Shown here piece by piece: positions 43,555 through 52,316 of a DNA stretch of 64,000 bases. Under the pieces are notes generated by a model, which was not told where the DNA came from, did no database searches, and saw only the letters and a program-made list of their open reading frames with translations. A program made the position numbers and the translations under genes. The stretch is from an uncultured bacterium (GTDB taxonomy: Bacteria; Patescibacteriota; Minisyncoccia; UBA6257; 2-01-FULL-56-20). Where the stretch lies: contig OY970175.1 of NCBI GenBank assembly GCA_963707865.1, positions 80,748 through 144,747 of the forward strand, in the 5' to 3' direction. How positions within the stretch are numbered: the first letter of the stretch is position 1; each line of letters starts with the position of its first letter.

Positions 43555-45003
43555 ATGAGAACGCCCGTTGCCGAAATTGTAAAGCACGAAGGAAAGGAGG
43601 TGGAACTTTTTGGCTGGGTACACGCGCGCCGCGACCACGGGAAACTTGTGTTTGTTGACCTCCGCGACCGGAGCGGATTGGCACAGGTAGTCTTCGGGCC
43701 GGGGATTAAAAGCGCTTCCGATCTACGCTTGGAGTACGTGGTCCGCGTGAAAGGCGAGGTCAAAAAGCGCCCGCCCGCGATGGTGAACGATAAGCTCCCG
43801 ACCGGCCACTACGAGGTGAGCGCGAAGGAATTAGAGATTTTGAATCCTGCGGAGCCGCTGCCGTTCCCGATAGACGATGCCGGATATGAGATCAACGAAG
43901 AGATTCGTTTGAAGTATCGTTATCTGGATTTGCGGCGCGAACGGCTCCAAAAGAATCTGATCGTGCGGCATAAGGTTATCACGTTCATCCGCGATTTCCT
44001 CGCAAAAAAAGGGTTTACTGAGATTGAGACCCCCGTGCTTTCAAAGTCAACGCCCGAAGGCGCGCGCGATTATCTTGTGCCATCCCGCATTGATAAGGGG
44101 TATTTTTACGCACTGCCGCAATCGCCGCAGCAATACAAGCAGCTGCTGATGGTGGCGGGCATGGAGAAATATTTCCAGATCGTGCGGTGTTTCCGCGACG
44201 AGGACACGCGCGGCGACCGCCAGCCGGAATTCACACAGCTGGATCTGGAGATGAGCTTCGTGACACAAGAGGATATCTTGAGTCTTACCGAAGAACTCTA
44301 TCTCAGTACGGTGAAGGAACTTTTCCCCGAGAAACACGTGAGCATGTTGGATGTTCGCGGCAAAATTCCTCGATTGAAATACAAAGACGTAATGGCAGAG
44401 CATCGCTCCGACAAGCCGGATTTGCGCAAAAACAAGAATGATCCAAACGAACTTGCCTTCGCGTTCATCACGGATTTCCCGATGTTCGAAAAGAAAGGCG
44501 ATGGATCGCTCGGCGCCGTGCATCACCCGTTCACTTTGCCTTCCACCGATACGTCGCTGGATCCCACGAGGTTCCAGCACAAAGATTATCCGGAGTATCA
44601 GGCATTGATGAAGATGCTGGACTCTGAAAAAGAATCGCTCACACTCTCGGCATACCAATACGACTTTGTTTGTAATGGCTACGAGATCGGCGGCGGTTCC
44701 ATCCGTATCTACAACCAGGAGCTTTTGGCAAGGGTATTCGAGCGGCTCGGCAACAAGCTGGAAGACGTGCGCCGCGACTTCGGCCACATGCTTGAAGCGT
44801 TCACCTACGGCGTTCCACCGCATGGCGGCATTGCGCCGGGGATTGACCGCTTCATCATGGTCCTGCAAAACGAGCCGAACATCCGCGAGGTCATCGCGTT
44901 CCCAAAAACCGGCGACGGCCGCGATCCAATGATGGGCTCTCCCTCCGAGGTGGACAAAGCGCAGCTCGATGAATTAGGATTGGAAATTAAGAAAAAGAAA
45001 TGA
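43555..45003 (+). CDS. aspS: Aspartate--tRNA ligase (compact, GAD insert largely absent)
   Basis: RDHGK..F.DLRD, TPEGARDY, LPQSPQ, RQPEFTQLD, PPHGG. Confidence 0.95.
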   Translation: MRTPVAEIVKHEGKEVELFGWVHARRDHGKLVFVDLRDRSGLAQVVFGPGIKSASDLRLEYVVRVKGEVKKRPPAMVNDKLPTGHYEVSAKELEILNPAEPLPFPIDDAGYEINEEIRLKYRYLDLRRERLQKNLIVRHKVITFIRDFLAKKGFTEIETPVLSKSTPEGARDYLVPSRIDKGYFYALPQSPQQYKQLLMVAGMEKYFQIVRCFRDEDTRGDRQPEFTQLDLEMSFVTQEDILSLTEELYLSTVKELFPEKHVSMLDVRGKIPRLKYKDVMAEHRSDKPDLRKNKNDPNELAFAFITDFPMFEKKGDGSLGAVHHPFTLPSTDTSLDPTRFQHKDYPEYQALMKMLDSEKESLTLSAYQYDFVCNGYEIGGGSIRIYNQELLARVFERLGNKLEDVRRDFGHMLEAFTYGVPPHGGIAPGIDRFIMVLQNEPNIREVIAFPKTGDGRDPMMGSPSEVDKAQLDELGLEIKKKK

Positions 45004-46070
45004 AAGATCTGGAATTTCCCATTTTTAAAACTAAGGTTCAGGGAGTCACTAAAGAATTCAACTTGAACGACCTGGACGAGCGCCGCGAATACTTTTTGCT
45101 GAAAGCGGGCGAGGAAATTGCGGCGATCAAGAAGCACCTGGAAAGCGGAAAGGCCTTTGTGGCGTATCTTTTAGGAAAGAAAAATTCCGGGAAAGGGACG
45201 TACTCCAAGCTTTTCATGGAAGCGGTAGGCAACACCCACGTCGGCCACATTGCGGTGGGGGATATCGTCCGGGACGTGCACGCGGGACTTTCGGATCCGG
45301 CAAAGAAAAACGACCTTTCCAAGTTCTTGGAAAAGCATTATCGCGGCTTTCACTCATTGGAAGAAATAGATGGGTTGATCGAGGGGCGGAGCCAGTCCAC
45401 GCTCGTTTCCACCGAGCTCATCATCGCTCTTTTGAAATACGAGGTGAGCAAGCGGCCGCGGCAGGCACTCTTTATTGACGGGTTCCCGCGCGGGCTGGAC
45501 CAGGTCAATTATTCCATCTTTTTGAGGGAACTTTTGGGGTACCATGGCGAACCGGACTTCTTCGTGTTCATTGATGTTCCGAACACCGTCATTGACGAGC
45601 GCATCAAAACGCGCGTGGTGTGCCCCATTTGCAAGGTTCCCCGCAATACAAAATTGGCTCCCACGAAAGAGATCGGCTACGACGAAACGAAAAAGGTGTT
45701 TTATCTAAGGTGCGATACTCCGTCGTGCCACGGAGCGCGGATGTTGCCAAAGGAGGGCGATGAACTTGGGATTGAGCCGATCCGCGCCCGCTTGGAGGCC
45801 GACGAGAAAATATTCCGGCAGCTCTTCACGCTCACCGGCGTTCCAAAGGTGTTCCTAAGAAACTCGGTGCCGGTGGACAAGGCGGCCGATTTTGTGGACG
45901 ACTATGAAATCACTCCCGTGTACGGCTACGAGAGGGATGAGAAAACGAAGAAGATCAAAATTATTGAGACCCCTTGGATCATCGACGACGACGGGGTGCC
46001 TTCCTACAGTTTGTTGCCCGCGCCCGTTGCGCTGTCGCTCGTGAAGCAAGTTGCAAAAATTCTTGCATGA
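45000..46070 (+). CDS. Adenylate-kinase-like nucleoside monophosphate kinase, enlarged
   Basis: GKKNSGKGT P-loop, GD..R, DGFPR, CPIC...C..C lid. Confidence 0.75.
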   Translation: MKDLEFPIFKTKVQGVTKEFNLNDLDERREYFLLKAGEEIAAIKKHLESGKAFVAYLLGKKNSGKGTYSKLFMEAVGNTHVGHIAVGDIVRDVHAGLSDPAKKNDLSKFLEKHYRGFHSLEEIDGLIEGRSQSTLVSTELIIALLKYEVSKRPRQALFIDGFPRGLDQVNYSIFLRELLGYHGEPDFFVFIDVPNTVIDERIKTRVVCPICKVPRNTKLAPTKEIGYDETKKVFYLRCDTPSCHGARMLPKEGDELGIEPIRARLEADEKIFRQLFTLTGVPKVFLRNSVPVDKAADFVDDYEITPVYGYERDEKTKKIKIIETPWIIDDDGVPSYSLLPAPVALSLVKQVAKILA

Positions 46071-46091
46071 ACGCGGGTGGGAAAGTTTTCA

Positions 46092-46598
46092 ATGCGCGAT
46101 AGCATGCGCGACACAGTCCTTTGTTTACCGCTTACGGAAGATTCCATACTACTTGGCATGAAGAAGCGTGGCTTCGGCGCAGGACGCTGGAACGGCATGG
46201 GCGGGAAGCCGAAGCGGGAGGAATCTGTTGAAATGGCGGCGGTGCGGGAATTGGAAGAGGAGATCGGCCTAAAGGCTTCTGTGGGCGATCTCAAAAAATG
46301 CGCCGTTTTGGATTTCTTTTTTGAACATAAATCTGACTGGGACCAGCGCGTGCATGTCTTTTTTGTAAAACGGTGGGAGGGTGAGCCGACCGAATCCGAA
46401 GAAATGCGGCCGCAGTGGTTTTCGTTCAAGGAGATTCCGTTTGATATTATGTGGCCAGACGACCGGCACTGGCTGCCCGAAGTATTGCAGGGAAAATTAA
46501 TTACGGGAAAATTTCATTTTGCCGACGATGGAAACATGATCGCTAAGTACGAGATTACGGAAATGAAAAAAGGAGAACTGCCGCAAGAACGTTCGTAA
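46092..46598 (+). CDS. 8-oxo-dGTP diphosphatase (MTH1/MutT-like)
   Basis: KKRGFG.GRWNG.GGK, RELEEE, ESEEMRP.WF, MWPDD; start could be 46104. Confidence 0.88.
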   Translation: MRDSMRDTVLCLPLTEDSILLGMKKRGFGAGRWNGMGGKPKREESVEMAAVRELEEEIGLKASVGDLKKCAVLDFFFEHKSDWDQRVHVFFVKRWEGEPTESEEMRPQWFSFKEIPFDIMWPDDRHWLPEVLQGKLITGKFHFADDGNMIAKYEITEMKKGELPQERS

Positions 46599-46734
46599 GG
46601 GCATCTCGGAGCCACGGCGGCTTGACCCAGCACCACTTTTGCTTTGCAAAAGTGGTGCTGGGTGCCGTGGCGAGAGCGAGGCGCATTTCCCCGCTGGAGG
46701 AAATGATGCCGTCCCTTACGAGCGTTCTTGCGGC
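46580..46734. repeat. 155-bp MITE/REP-like element with 22-bp terminal inverted repeats
   Basis: Arms 46580-46601 and 46713-46734 match 21/22; internal perfect 18-bp hairpin. Confidence 0.75.
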
Positions 46735-47462
46735 GGGAGCCCTTTCGCGAACGCAGCGACGATGGGGTCCATATCGCCGTCCAGGATCTTTAGAATGTTG
46801 TGCCACTTCTTCCCGAGGCGGTGGTCAGTGATGCGATCGTCGGGGAAATTATAGGTGCGGATCTTTTCCGAGCGGTCGGCGGTGCCGACCTGCTCCCGGC
46901 GGAGGTCGGTTACGGAGCCTACCGCTTTGTGCTGTTCCATTTCGTATAGTTTCGCGCGGAGAACATCCATCGCTTTCTCGCGGTTCGCGTACTGTGAGCG
47001 CTCCTCGCGCGAAGAAACGACAATACCGGTTGGCTTGTGAAGAATCCGCACGGCAGTCTCCACCTTGTTTACGTTCTGTCCTCCCGGGCCACCCGCGCGC
47101 GAAAAGGTCACTTCAAGGTCGCTTGGCGCAATGTTCACCTCGCGCGCTTCCACAATTGGTAACACGGCCACCGAAGCGGTGGAGGTGTGCACGCGGCCGG
47201 ATTTTTCCGTTGCCGGGATCCGTTGCACGCGGTGTACGCCTGATTCGTTCCGAAGCGCCTCGTAGCACCCCGCGCCTCGCACTTCGGCCACGAGCGACTT
47301 GAACCCCTGGAGCGAAGTTGCGTTCGAGTCAAGCACGGAAAATGCCCAGCCCCGTTTTACGACATAGCGTTGGTACATGCGCGCCAGGTCACCCGCGAAA
47401 ATCGCGGCCTCATCGCCGCCCGCGCCAGCCCGTATTTCCAGGATGATCTTTCCCGTCGTCAT
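46716..47462 (-). CDS. prfA: Peptide chain release factor 1 lacking domain 1
   Basis: [14 protein letters not shown] recognition tripeptide, GGQ, RTYNFP. Confidence 0.88.
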   Translation of the reverse strand: MTTGKIILEIRAGAGGDEAAIFAGDLARMYQRYVVKRGWAFSVLDSNATSLQGFKSLVAEVRGAGCYEALRNESGVHRVQRIPATEKSGRVHTSTASVAVLPIVEAREVNIAPSDLEVTFSRAGGPGGQNVNKVETAVRILHKPTGIVVSSREERSQYANREKAMDVLRAKLYEMEQHKAVGSVTDLRREQVGTADRSEKIRTYNFPDDRITDHRLGKKWHNILKILDGDMDPIVAAFAKGLPPQERS

Positions 47463-47493
47463 TGTTTTGTATGATATAATATATAGTACATCA

Positions 47494-47883
47494 ATGACAG
47501 GGCAACCGTTCGTGCTTATTGTTGACGACGAAGCGGACTTTCGCGAGATTTTCGGAACCAAACTTTCTGCCATGGGTTATCGTGTGGCTACCGCGGAGGA
47601 CGGACAGGCGGCGCTCCTTAAAATGGCGAAAGAAAAACCGGATCTCGTCCTTATGGACGTCAAGATGCCGACAATGGATGGGGCGACCGCGGTGCTCAAA
47701 ATGAAAGAAGACCCGGCACTGAAAGACATCAAAGTGGCGTTTCTTACGAGCTTGGGCGATCCGCGCCTTGATGTGCAGGATATCAGCCGAAAGTTTTCCG
47801 AAGAATTCGGCGCACAGGGATACCTCAAAAAGACCGACGACCTTGACGTGCTTGCGGAAAAGATAAAGGCGCTGCTTCCATGA
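47494..47883 (+). CDS. Single-domain response regulator
   Basis: VDDE, LMDVKMP.MDG, FLT, YL.K. Confidence 0.88.
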   Translation: MTGQPFVLIVDDEADFREIFGTKLSAMGYRVATAEDGQAALLKMAKEKPDLVLMDVKMPTMDGATAVLKMKEDPALKDIKVAFLTSLGDPRLDVQDISRKFSEEFGAQGYLKKTDDLDVLAEKIKALLP

Positions 47884-48278
47884 GGGAAAGGCCGCTTGTC
47901 CTCATTGTTGACGACGAGCACGATCTTCTTGAAATTATGTCTGTGAAGCTTCGGGCGTCCGGCTTTGATCCGGTGGTGGCCTACAATGCCAAAGAAGGAA
48001 TTGACGCCGCAACGAAGTTGCATCCCGACCTTGTTCTTATGGACATCCATATGCCCGGCGGGGAGACTGGCACCGACGCGGCGCTTGCGATCAAGCAGAA
48101 TCCGGAAACAAAAGACACAAGAATCGCGTTTCTGAGCAACCTGAAAGATCCGTGGCCCACGACCCTGGGCGACCGTGACAAGCTCGCGAAGGAATTGGGA
48201 ATGGAGGATTACATTGATAAAACCGCGGACCTGAATGTGATCGTGGCAAGGGTACGGGAAGTGCTTGGGAAAAAGTGA
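47880..48278 (+). CDS. Single-domain response regulator
   Basis: VDDE, LMDIHMP, FLSN, YI.K. Confidence 0.88.
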   Translation: MRERPLVLIVDDEHDLLEIMSVKLRASGFDPVVAYNAKEGIDAATKLHPDLVLMDIHMPGGETGTDAALAIKQNPETKDTRIAFLSNLKDPWPTTLGDRDKLAKELGMEDYIDKTADLNVIVARVREVLGKK

Positions 48279-48300
48279 CCCTCGCCGCTGGTGGCGAGGG
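48279..48300. terminator. Hairpin between convergent genes
   Basis: CCCTCGCC/GGCGAGGG stem. Confidence 0.5.
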
Positions 48301-48318
48301 CCTTGAAGAGGACTAATG

Positions 48319-48939
48319 CTAAGCCTCGTCCACAGAGCGGACTGAGGGGGTAGCGTTCACTCTTCTAAGTAGTGCAAGCATTACAGTGAAGAAAAAGGCA
48401 GCAATACATGCGAAAACTCTGACGCGCCACGGGAGAAATGTAAGGATTTTCCCCCAAAGCAAGTTTCTTGCGGTGCTCGCTCCGAGCGCAAATACTAACG
48501 CAAGCCGCTTGTTCAGGTTGAGAATTCTCCCGAGGATTACGCCCGGCAGGATCCCAGCCAAGCCCATGATTCCAAGTACAAAGAGGTAACGCAACAATCC
48601 GCATTGCCCCTCGCCTTGCTTGATCCTGTCTGCAGACGGTTGGTGGTTTGTCACCCATCTCTTCAGGATAGGAAACCTTTGGAGGTCCTGAATGGGAGTG
48701 AAGACAAAAAACCACAAATTGAACGCAGAGAGATCCCCAATCGCGGTCGCGACAAGGGTCGCTTGGCCGAGTGTTAAACCTCGCATCTGCCATAATACGA
48801 AACTACTCTCACTCGCCCAGTAGGTCCAAAACCCAAGGCCCGCGAGTCTGGGATCCCGAAAGAATATCGTGCTCCAGGCGACAATTATGACAACCATAAC
48901 TGTTGCCCAAACGTTCCATCTGCTTACCTTCGCCACCAT
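48319..48939 (-). CDS. Orphan membrane protein
   Basis: Several hydrophobic segments; GGGGGTGA SD-like site upstream. Confidence 0.55.
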   Translation of the reverse strand: MVAKVSRWNVWATVMVVIIVAWSTIFFRDPRLAGLGFWTYWASESSFVLWQMRGLTLGQATLVATAIGDLSAFNLWFFVFTPIQDLQRFPILKRWVTNHQPSADRIKQGEGQCGLLRYLFVLGIMGLAGILPGVILGRILNLNKRLALVFALGASTARNLLWGKILTFLPWRVRVFACIAAFFFTVMLALLRRVNATPSVRSVDEA

Positions 48940-49045
48940 TCATCACCCCCAAGGAAAATTTGACAAACCACGCCTCAATAGCTTCCCTGAGCCTACCGCA
49001 TCATTCAACTTTTGAAAAGGCGCCGCCGCCTGGTACTATGTAAGC

Positions 49046-49801
49046 ATGAGCGCTGATATTGATGAGCTTCGTAAAAAACTGGAAGAGGACAACAGGAAGC
49101 TCAAGGACCTGAACCACTTCAAGACGCATCTTCTCGCGCTCACGTCGCATCAGATGAAGACGCCCCTAGGCATCATCCGCGGCTACACGGCGCTCTTGCG
49201 CGACGGCTATTACGGTGAGATAGACAATCGTGCGAGAGAGGTCATCGCAAAAATTGAGTTTGCGGCCGAAGACCTCGTGAACCTTGTGGACAACGTGATA
49301 GATCTCCGCAAGATTGAGGAGGGGAGAGTTGAATACCAGATGCAGGACACTGATTTTGTAAGGCTTGCGCGGCAGGCGGCGGAGGAACTGGGCCATCTTG
49401 CGTCAAGCAAGGGCCTGAATTTGGAATTCCAGGCGCCGCAGAAAGAGATTGTGATTTATGGCGACGAGCAAAAACTGCAGCACGTTATAAAAAATTTGAT
49501 TGACAACGCAGTGAAGTACACCGAAAAAGGTTTTGTAAAGGTGAGCGTGGAAGAGAGGGACGGCAATGTCATGCTTTCGGTCGCGGATTCCGGGATCGGC
49601 ATTCCGAAAGGAGTCCAGCCGTTTTTGTTTGGGGAGTTCGTCCGCGACGAGCGCGTGAAGCGCGAGATCCGCGGCAGCGGCTTGGGCCTCCACGTCGCGA
49701 AGATGTTTGTAGAAGCCCATGAAGGAAAAATTTCGGCATCCTCCGAAGGCGAGGGTAAGGGCTCTGTATTTTCGTTCAGTATTCCGAAAGTAAGGAAGTA
49801 G
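49046..49801 (+). CDS. Histidine kinase without sensor domain
   Basis: SHQMKTPL H-box, NLIDNAVKYT, DSGIGI, GSGLGL, GKGS.F. Confidence 0.9.
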   Translation: MSADIDELRKKLEEDNRKLKDLNHFKTHLLALTSHQMKTPLGIIRGYTALLRDGYYGEIDNRAREVIAKIEFAAEDLVNLVDNVIDLRKIEEGRVEYQMQDTDFVRLARQAAEELGHLASSKGLNLEFQAPQKEIVIYGDEQKLQHVIKNLIDNAVKYTEKGFVKVSVEERDGNVMLSVADSGIGIPKGVQPFLFGEFVRDERVKREIRGSGLGLHVAKMFVEAHEGKISASSEGEGKGSVFSFSIPKVRK

Positions 49802-49824
49802 GGCGGAGAATTTTAAAAAAGTTT

Positions 49825-49856
49825 AAGGGGCAAACGCGGTGTTCGCGTTGCCCCTT
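49825..49856. terminator. Hairpin between convergent genes
   Basis: AAGGGGCAA..CGCG/CGCGTTGCCCCTT. Confidence 0.6.
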
Positions 49857-49913
49857 TGATTCCTGACAGCCGACGGGAGTGCAGGGATTCCCGTCGGGAA
49901 AAAGAACAGCTGG

Positions 49914-50987
49914 TCACGGGCATGAGGGGGCGCCCGTGACGTCGAAAGTCACCTTTCCCCAATTCTCATCGAGTGACGTGAGGTTCCCCCCTGTGACTTT
50001 GACATGCGTACCGAACAAGGAATGTTCGAGATGCACTGAAATTGTGGGGGTGCACCTCGGTTTGTGTACTTGCGCTCTCCGCCGCGGCGCAGTCTTTTGC
50101 CGTGGCGTCGGTGTTGGTAAGGGTGGCGCGAGTAGTTGCACCTGACCGCTAACTTTAACGTTGAGGGTGGCCTCGCCCTCCAGCACGTGGTGGACGATTA
50201 TCTCCGAGGGCACCGTTGATTCCGAAGTTGATGGGGGCGGTGGCGGCGGAGGTGGCGGTGGCGGTTGAGGCGCATTTGTGTATCCCTCCGGCGGTGGCAG
50301 AACGTCCAGCGCGATTACGTAAGCCCTGGGCAATCGCCTGAGGTAGTTATTCTCATGACCTAATCCGGCACCTCCAGCGCCGCCTATGCCAGTGTTCCCG
50401 CTGGGAGCACCAGCACTTGACAGAGCAAAACCGAAAAGGCGCAGTTCTGCTACCGACATTATCCTGGCTCCAATGAATGCGATGAAGTTGTGCGCATTGG
50501 AACCCTGCTCTGCGAGCATGAGTGCTGTGGCGGCGTAGTGGATGTCGCCCCACATCTCTTTCTTCTTAGCTCGCAAAATAGTTGAGCCAAGTGATTGGCT
50601 CATATCCCATTTCACACAATTTACATAGATGTAGCCATCGGTGTTGGGGGAAAGTGTTTCGTTGTAGTGGGAATAAACCTCAATCCCCTTTATAGGAATT
50701 GCCAAAGCTGCAACTCTAGCTACTTTTATCTTCATACAGTTTCCGCCCCCAACATAATACCAGCTCTCATCGTTGGGGGGTTGGCCTGGGAATAACGCCG
50801 TGCCCGGTCCCTGCATCACCGGTGGGAATTGTCGGGCGGCCCCGTTGTAGTTAATAGTGGGGCTGGCAATTGCTGCCGAAGACGAATCCGCTCCCGCAGT
50901 CGCGCCTGGAGCCGGGTTCTGAGCCAGAGACGTCGTCCCAAACATCACTATCGCTATCACTACTATCACGAACAACCCTCTCTTCAT
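49914..50987 (-). CDS. Secreted Pro-rich orphan protein
   Basis: Signal peptide MKRGLF...SLA-Q, AAGGAGG SD, poly-Pro tract. Confidence 0.65.
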   Translation of the reverse strand: MKRGLFVIVVIAIVMFGTTSLAQNPAPGATAGADSSSAAIASPTINYNGAARQFPPVMQGPGTALFPGQPPNDESWYYVGGGNCMKIKVARVAALAIPIKGIEVYSHYNETLSPNTDGYIYVNCVKWDMSQSLGSTILRAKKKEMWGDIHYAATALMLAEQGSNAHNFIAFIGARIMSVAELRLFGFALSSAGAPSGNTGIGGAGGAGLGHENNYLRRLPRAYVIALDVLPPPEGYTNAPQPPPPPPPPPPPSTSESTVPSEIIVHHVLEGEATLNVKVSGQVQLLAPPLPTPTPRQKTAPRRRAQVHKPRCTPTISVHLEHSLFGTHVKVTGGNLTSLDENWGKVTFDVTGAPSCP

Positions 50988-51073
50988 GTTTGCCTCCTTC
51001 GAGTCGGTTTGAGGGGAGACGACAGCTACGGAGCTGCCGTCTCCTCCTTTTCTTTCTGTTCTTTCGGGCAGGC

Positions 51074-51676
51074 CTAATGGCCCTTCCCTTTCTGCACCTG
51101 TGCTTCCGCCGAGACGTGTGCCCCGGCTGACGAAGAGGTCGGCGAGAGGTTGGACCAAGTGTATCCCTCTGTGACGAGGGACAGACTGGCGCCGAGCCGC
51201 CCACCGCCGTCCGTTGTTTTCGAGTAATTGGCCCCAGCGTTACCTACACTGAGGCCCCCGGCGCAGATGCCGGTGGAACAATCCCCGACGTTGCCGACGG
51301 CCATTCCACCAACCGTTCCGGCAATGGTTATACTGCCACCCGTTCCATCTCTACCGAGCTTCACGCGGGCATCAGCGGTGCCGGTGCTCCCGAACGCCGA
51401 CTGACTTCCCGTTGCACTAGTAGTATTCGTGGCGCTGGCGTACCCCGCCACGTTCGCGACACCAGAAAGATGGCCAGGGGCAGACGCTGTGCCGGTAAAC
51501 AGAGCGCTGGTGGAACTTACAGACGAGGCTCCGTTCGCAGTGTCACCGGTTGTGAACCCGGTGACCTGTTGTACGCCGCCGCTTACCGAGGTTGGCGGTG
51601 GCGGCGGGTCTTGCGCTTGTGCAACAACTGCCCAAGTCGCAACGATAACGAAAACGGCCAACAAGATTCTCTTCAT
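51074..51676 (-). CDS. Secreted Gly/Ser/Thr/Ala-rich orphan protein
   Basis: Signal peptide MKRILL...AQA-Q, GGAGG SD. Confidence 0.65.
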   Translation of the reverse strand: MKRILLAVFVIVATWAVVAQAQDPPPPPTSVSGGVQQVTGFTTGDTANGASSVSSTSALFTGTASAPGHLSGVANVAGYASATNTTSATGSQSAFGSTGTADARVKLGRDGTGGSITIAGTVGGMAVGNVGDCSTGICAGGLSVGNAGANYSKTTDGGGRLGASLSLVTEGYTWSNLSPTSSSAGAHVSAEAQVQKGKGH

Positions 51677-51828
51677 GGGTAATATCCTCCAAATTTTCAT
51701 ATGCGGTTGTCAAAGATCGATCTTACCCGCGCGGAAGCATCCCAGAAAGGGTGCTTGCCCGCGCGGCAAGGATAACACATCCGCCCAAATTATGCAAGGG
51801 GACGTCTAGTTCGGTTACCTGCCGGTTT

Positions 51829-52077
51829 CTAACGTGTTTTTTTAGCCCGCACCTTCTTCGGCTTCGGTTTTGTAGTGGCTTTCGCGCGGCGCGTTTTGAA
51901 CTTCTCCACGCGGCCTGCAGTGTCTATTAATTTCTCTTCGCCCGTGTAGAACGGATGGCAATGGGAACAGATTTCTACCTTGATCTCTGCCTTCGTGGCG
52001 CCCACGGTGAACTTGTTGCCGCATGCACAGACGACATGGGCTTGGGGAAAATATGTCGGGTGAACATCCTTTTTCAT
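51829..52077 (-). CDS. rpmE: 50S ribosomal protein L31 (Zn-binding)
   Basis: [28 protein letters not shown]. Confidence 0.95.
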   Translation of the reverse strand: MKKDVHPTYFPQAHVVCACGNKFTVGATKAEIKVEICSHCHPFYTGEEKLIDTAGRVEKFKTRRAKATTKPKPKKVRAKKTR

Positions 52078-52182
52078 ATGAGCGTATAGTAGCATGGGCG
52101 CAGGGCCTTCGTCAATTAAGAGGTTCAATACGAGATAGTTTTAGAGAGATTTAATCCCGATCGTGCACAATAAATGTGCGGT

Positions 52183-52252
52183 GGGGGTGGCGTAGCGCTG
52201 ACTCCGGCCCACCATCTGGAGTTCACGGGGTGCAAATCCCCGCACCTCCACC
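52183..52252 (+). ncRNA. Alanine-identity tRNA-like RNA resembling a tmRNA tRNA-like domain only
   Basis: GGGGGTG/CACCTCC with G3-U70, discriminator A then CC, T arm CGGGG-TGCAAAT-CCCCG, no D stem, 8-bp stem with 8-nt loop. Confidence 0.65.
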
Positions 52253-52280
52253 GCCTGACGGATAAGAAAAAGCATTGCGC

Positions 52281-52310
52281 TTGACAAATACGTTCGACCC
52301 GCGCTATAAT
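52281..52310 (+). promoter_or_regulatory. Consensus sigma70 promoter
   Basis: TTGACA-18 bp-TATAAT. Confidence 0.85.
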
Positions 52311-52316
52311 GCCTAT

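Noticed and set aside
52183-52252. Canonical tRNA (e.g. reading CAC, ACC or CCA as the anticodon)
   Set aside because: No D stem, 8-nt loop without U33, only 68 nt; treated as tRNA-like instead.
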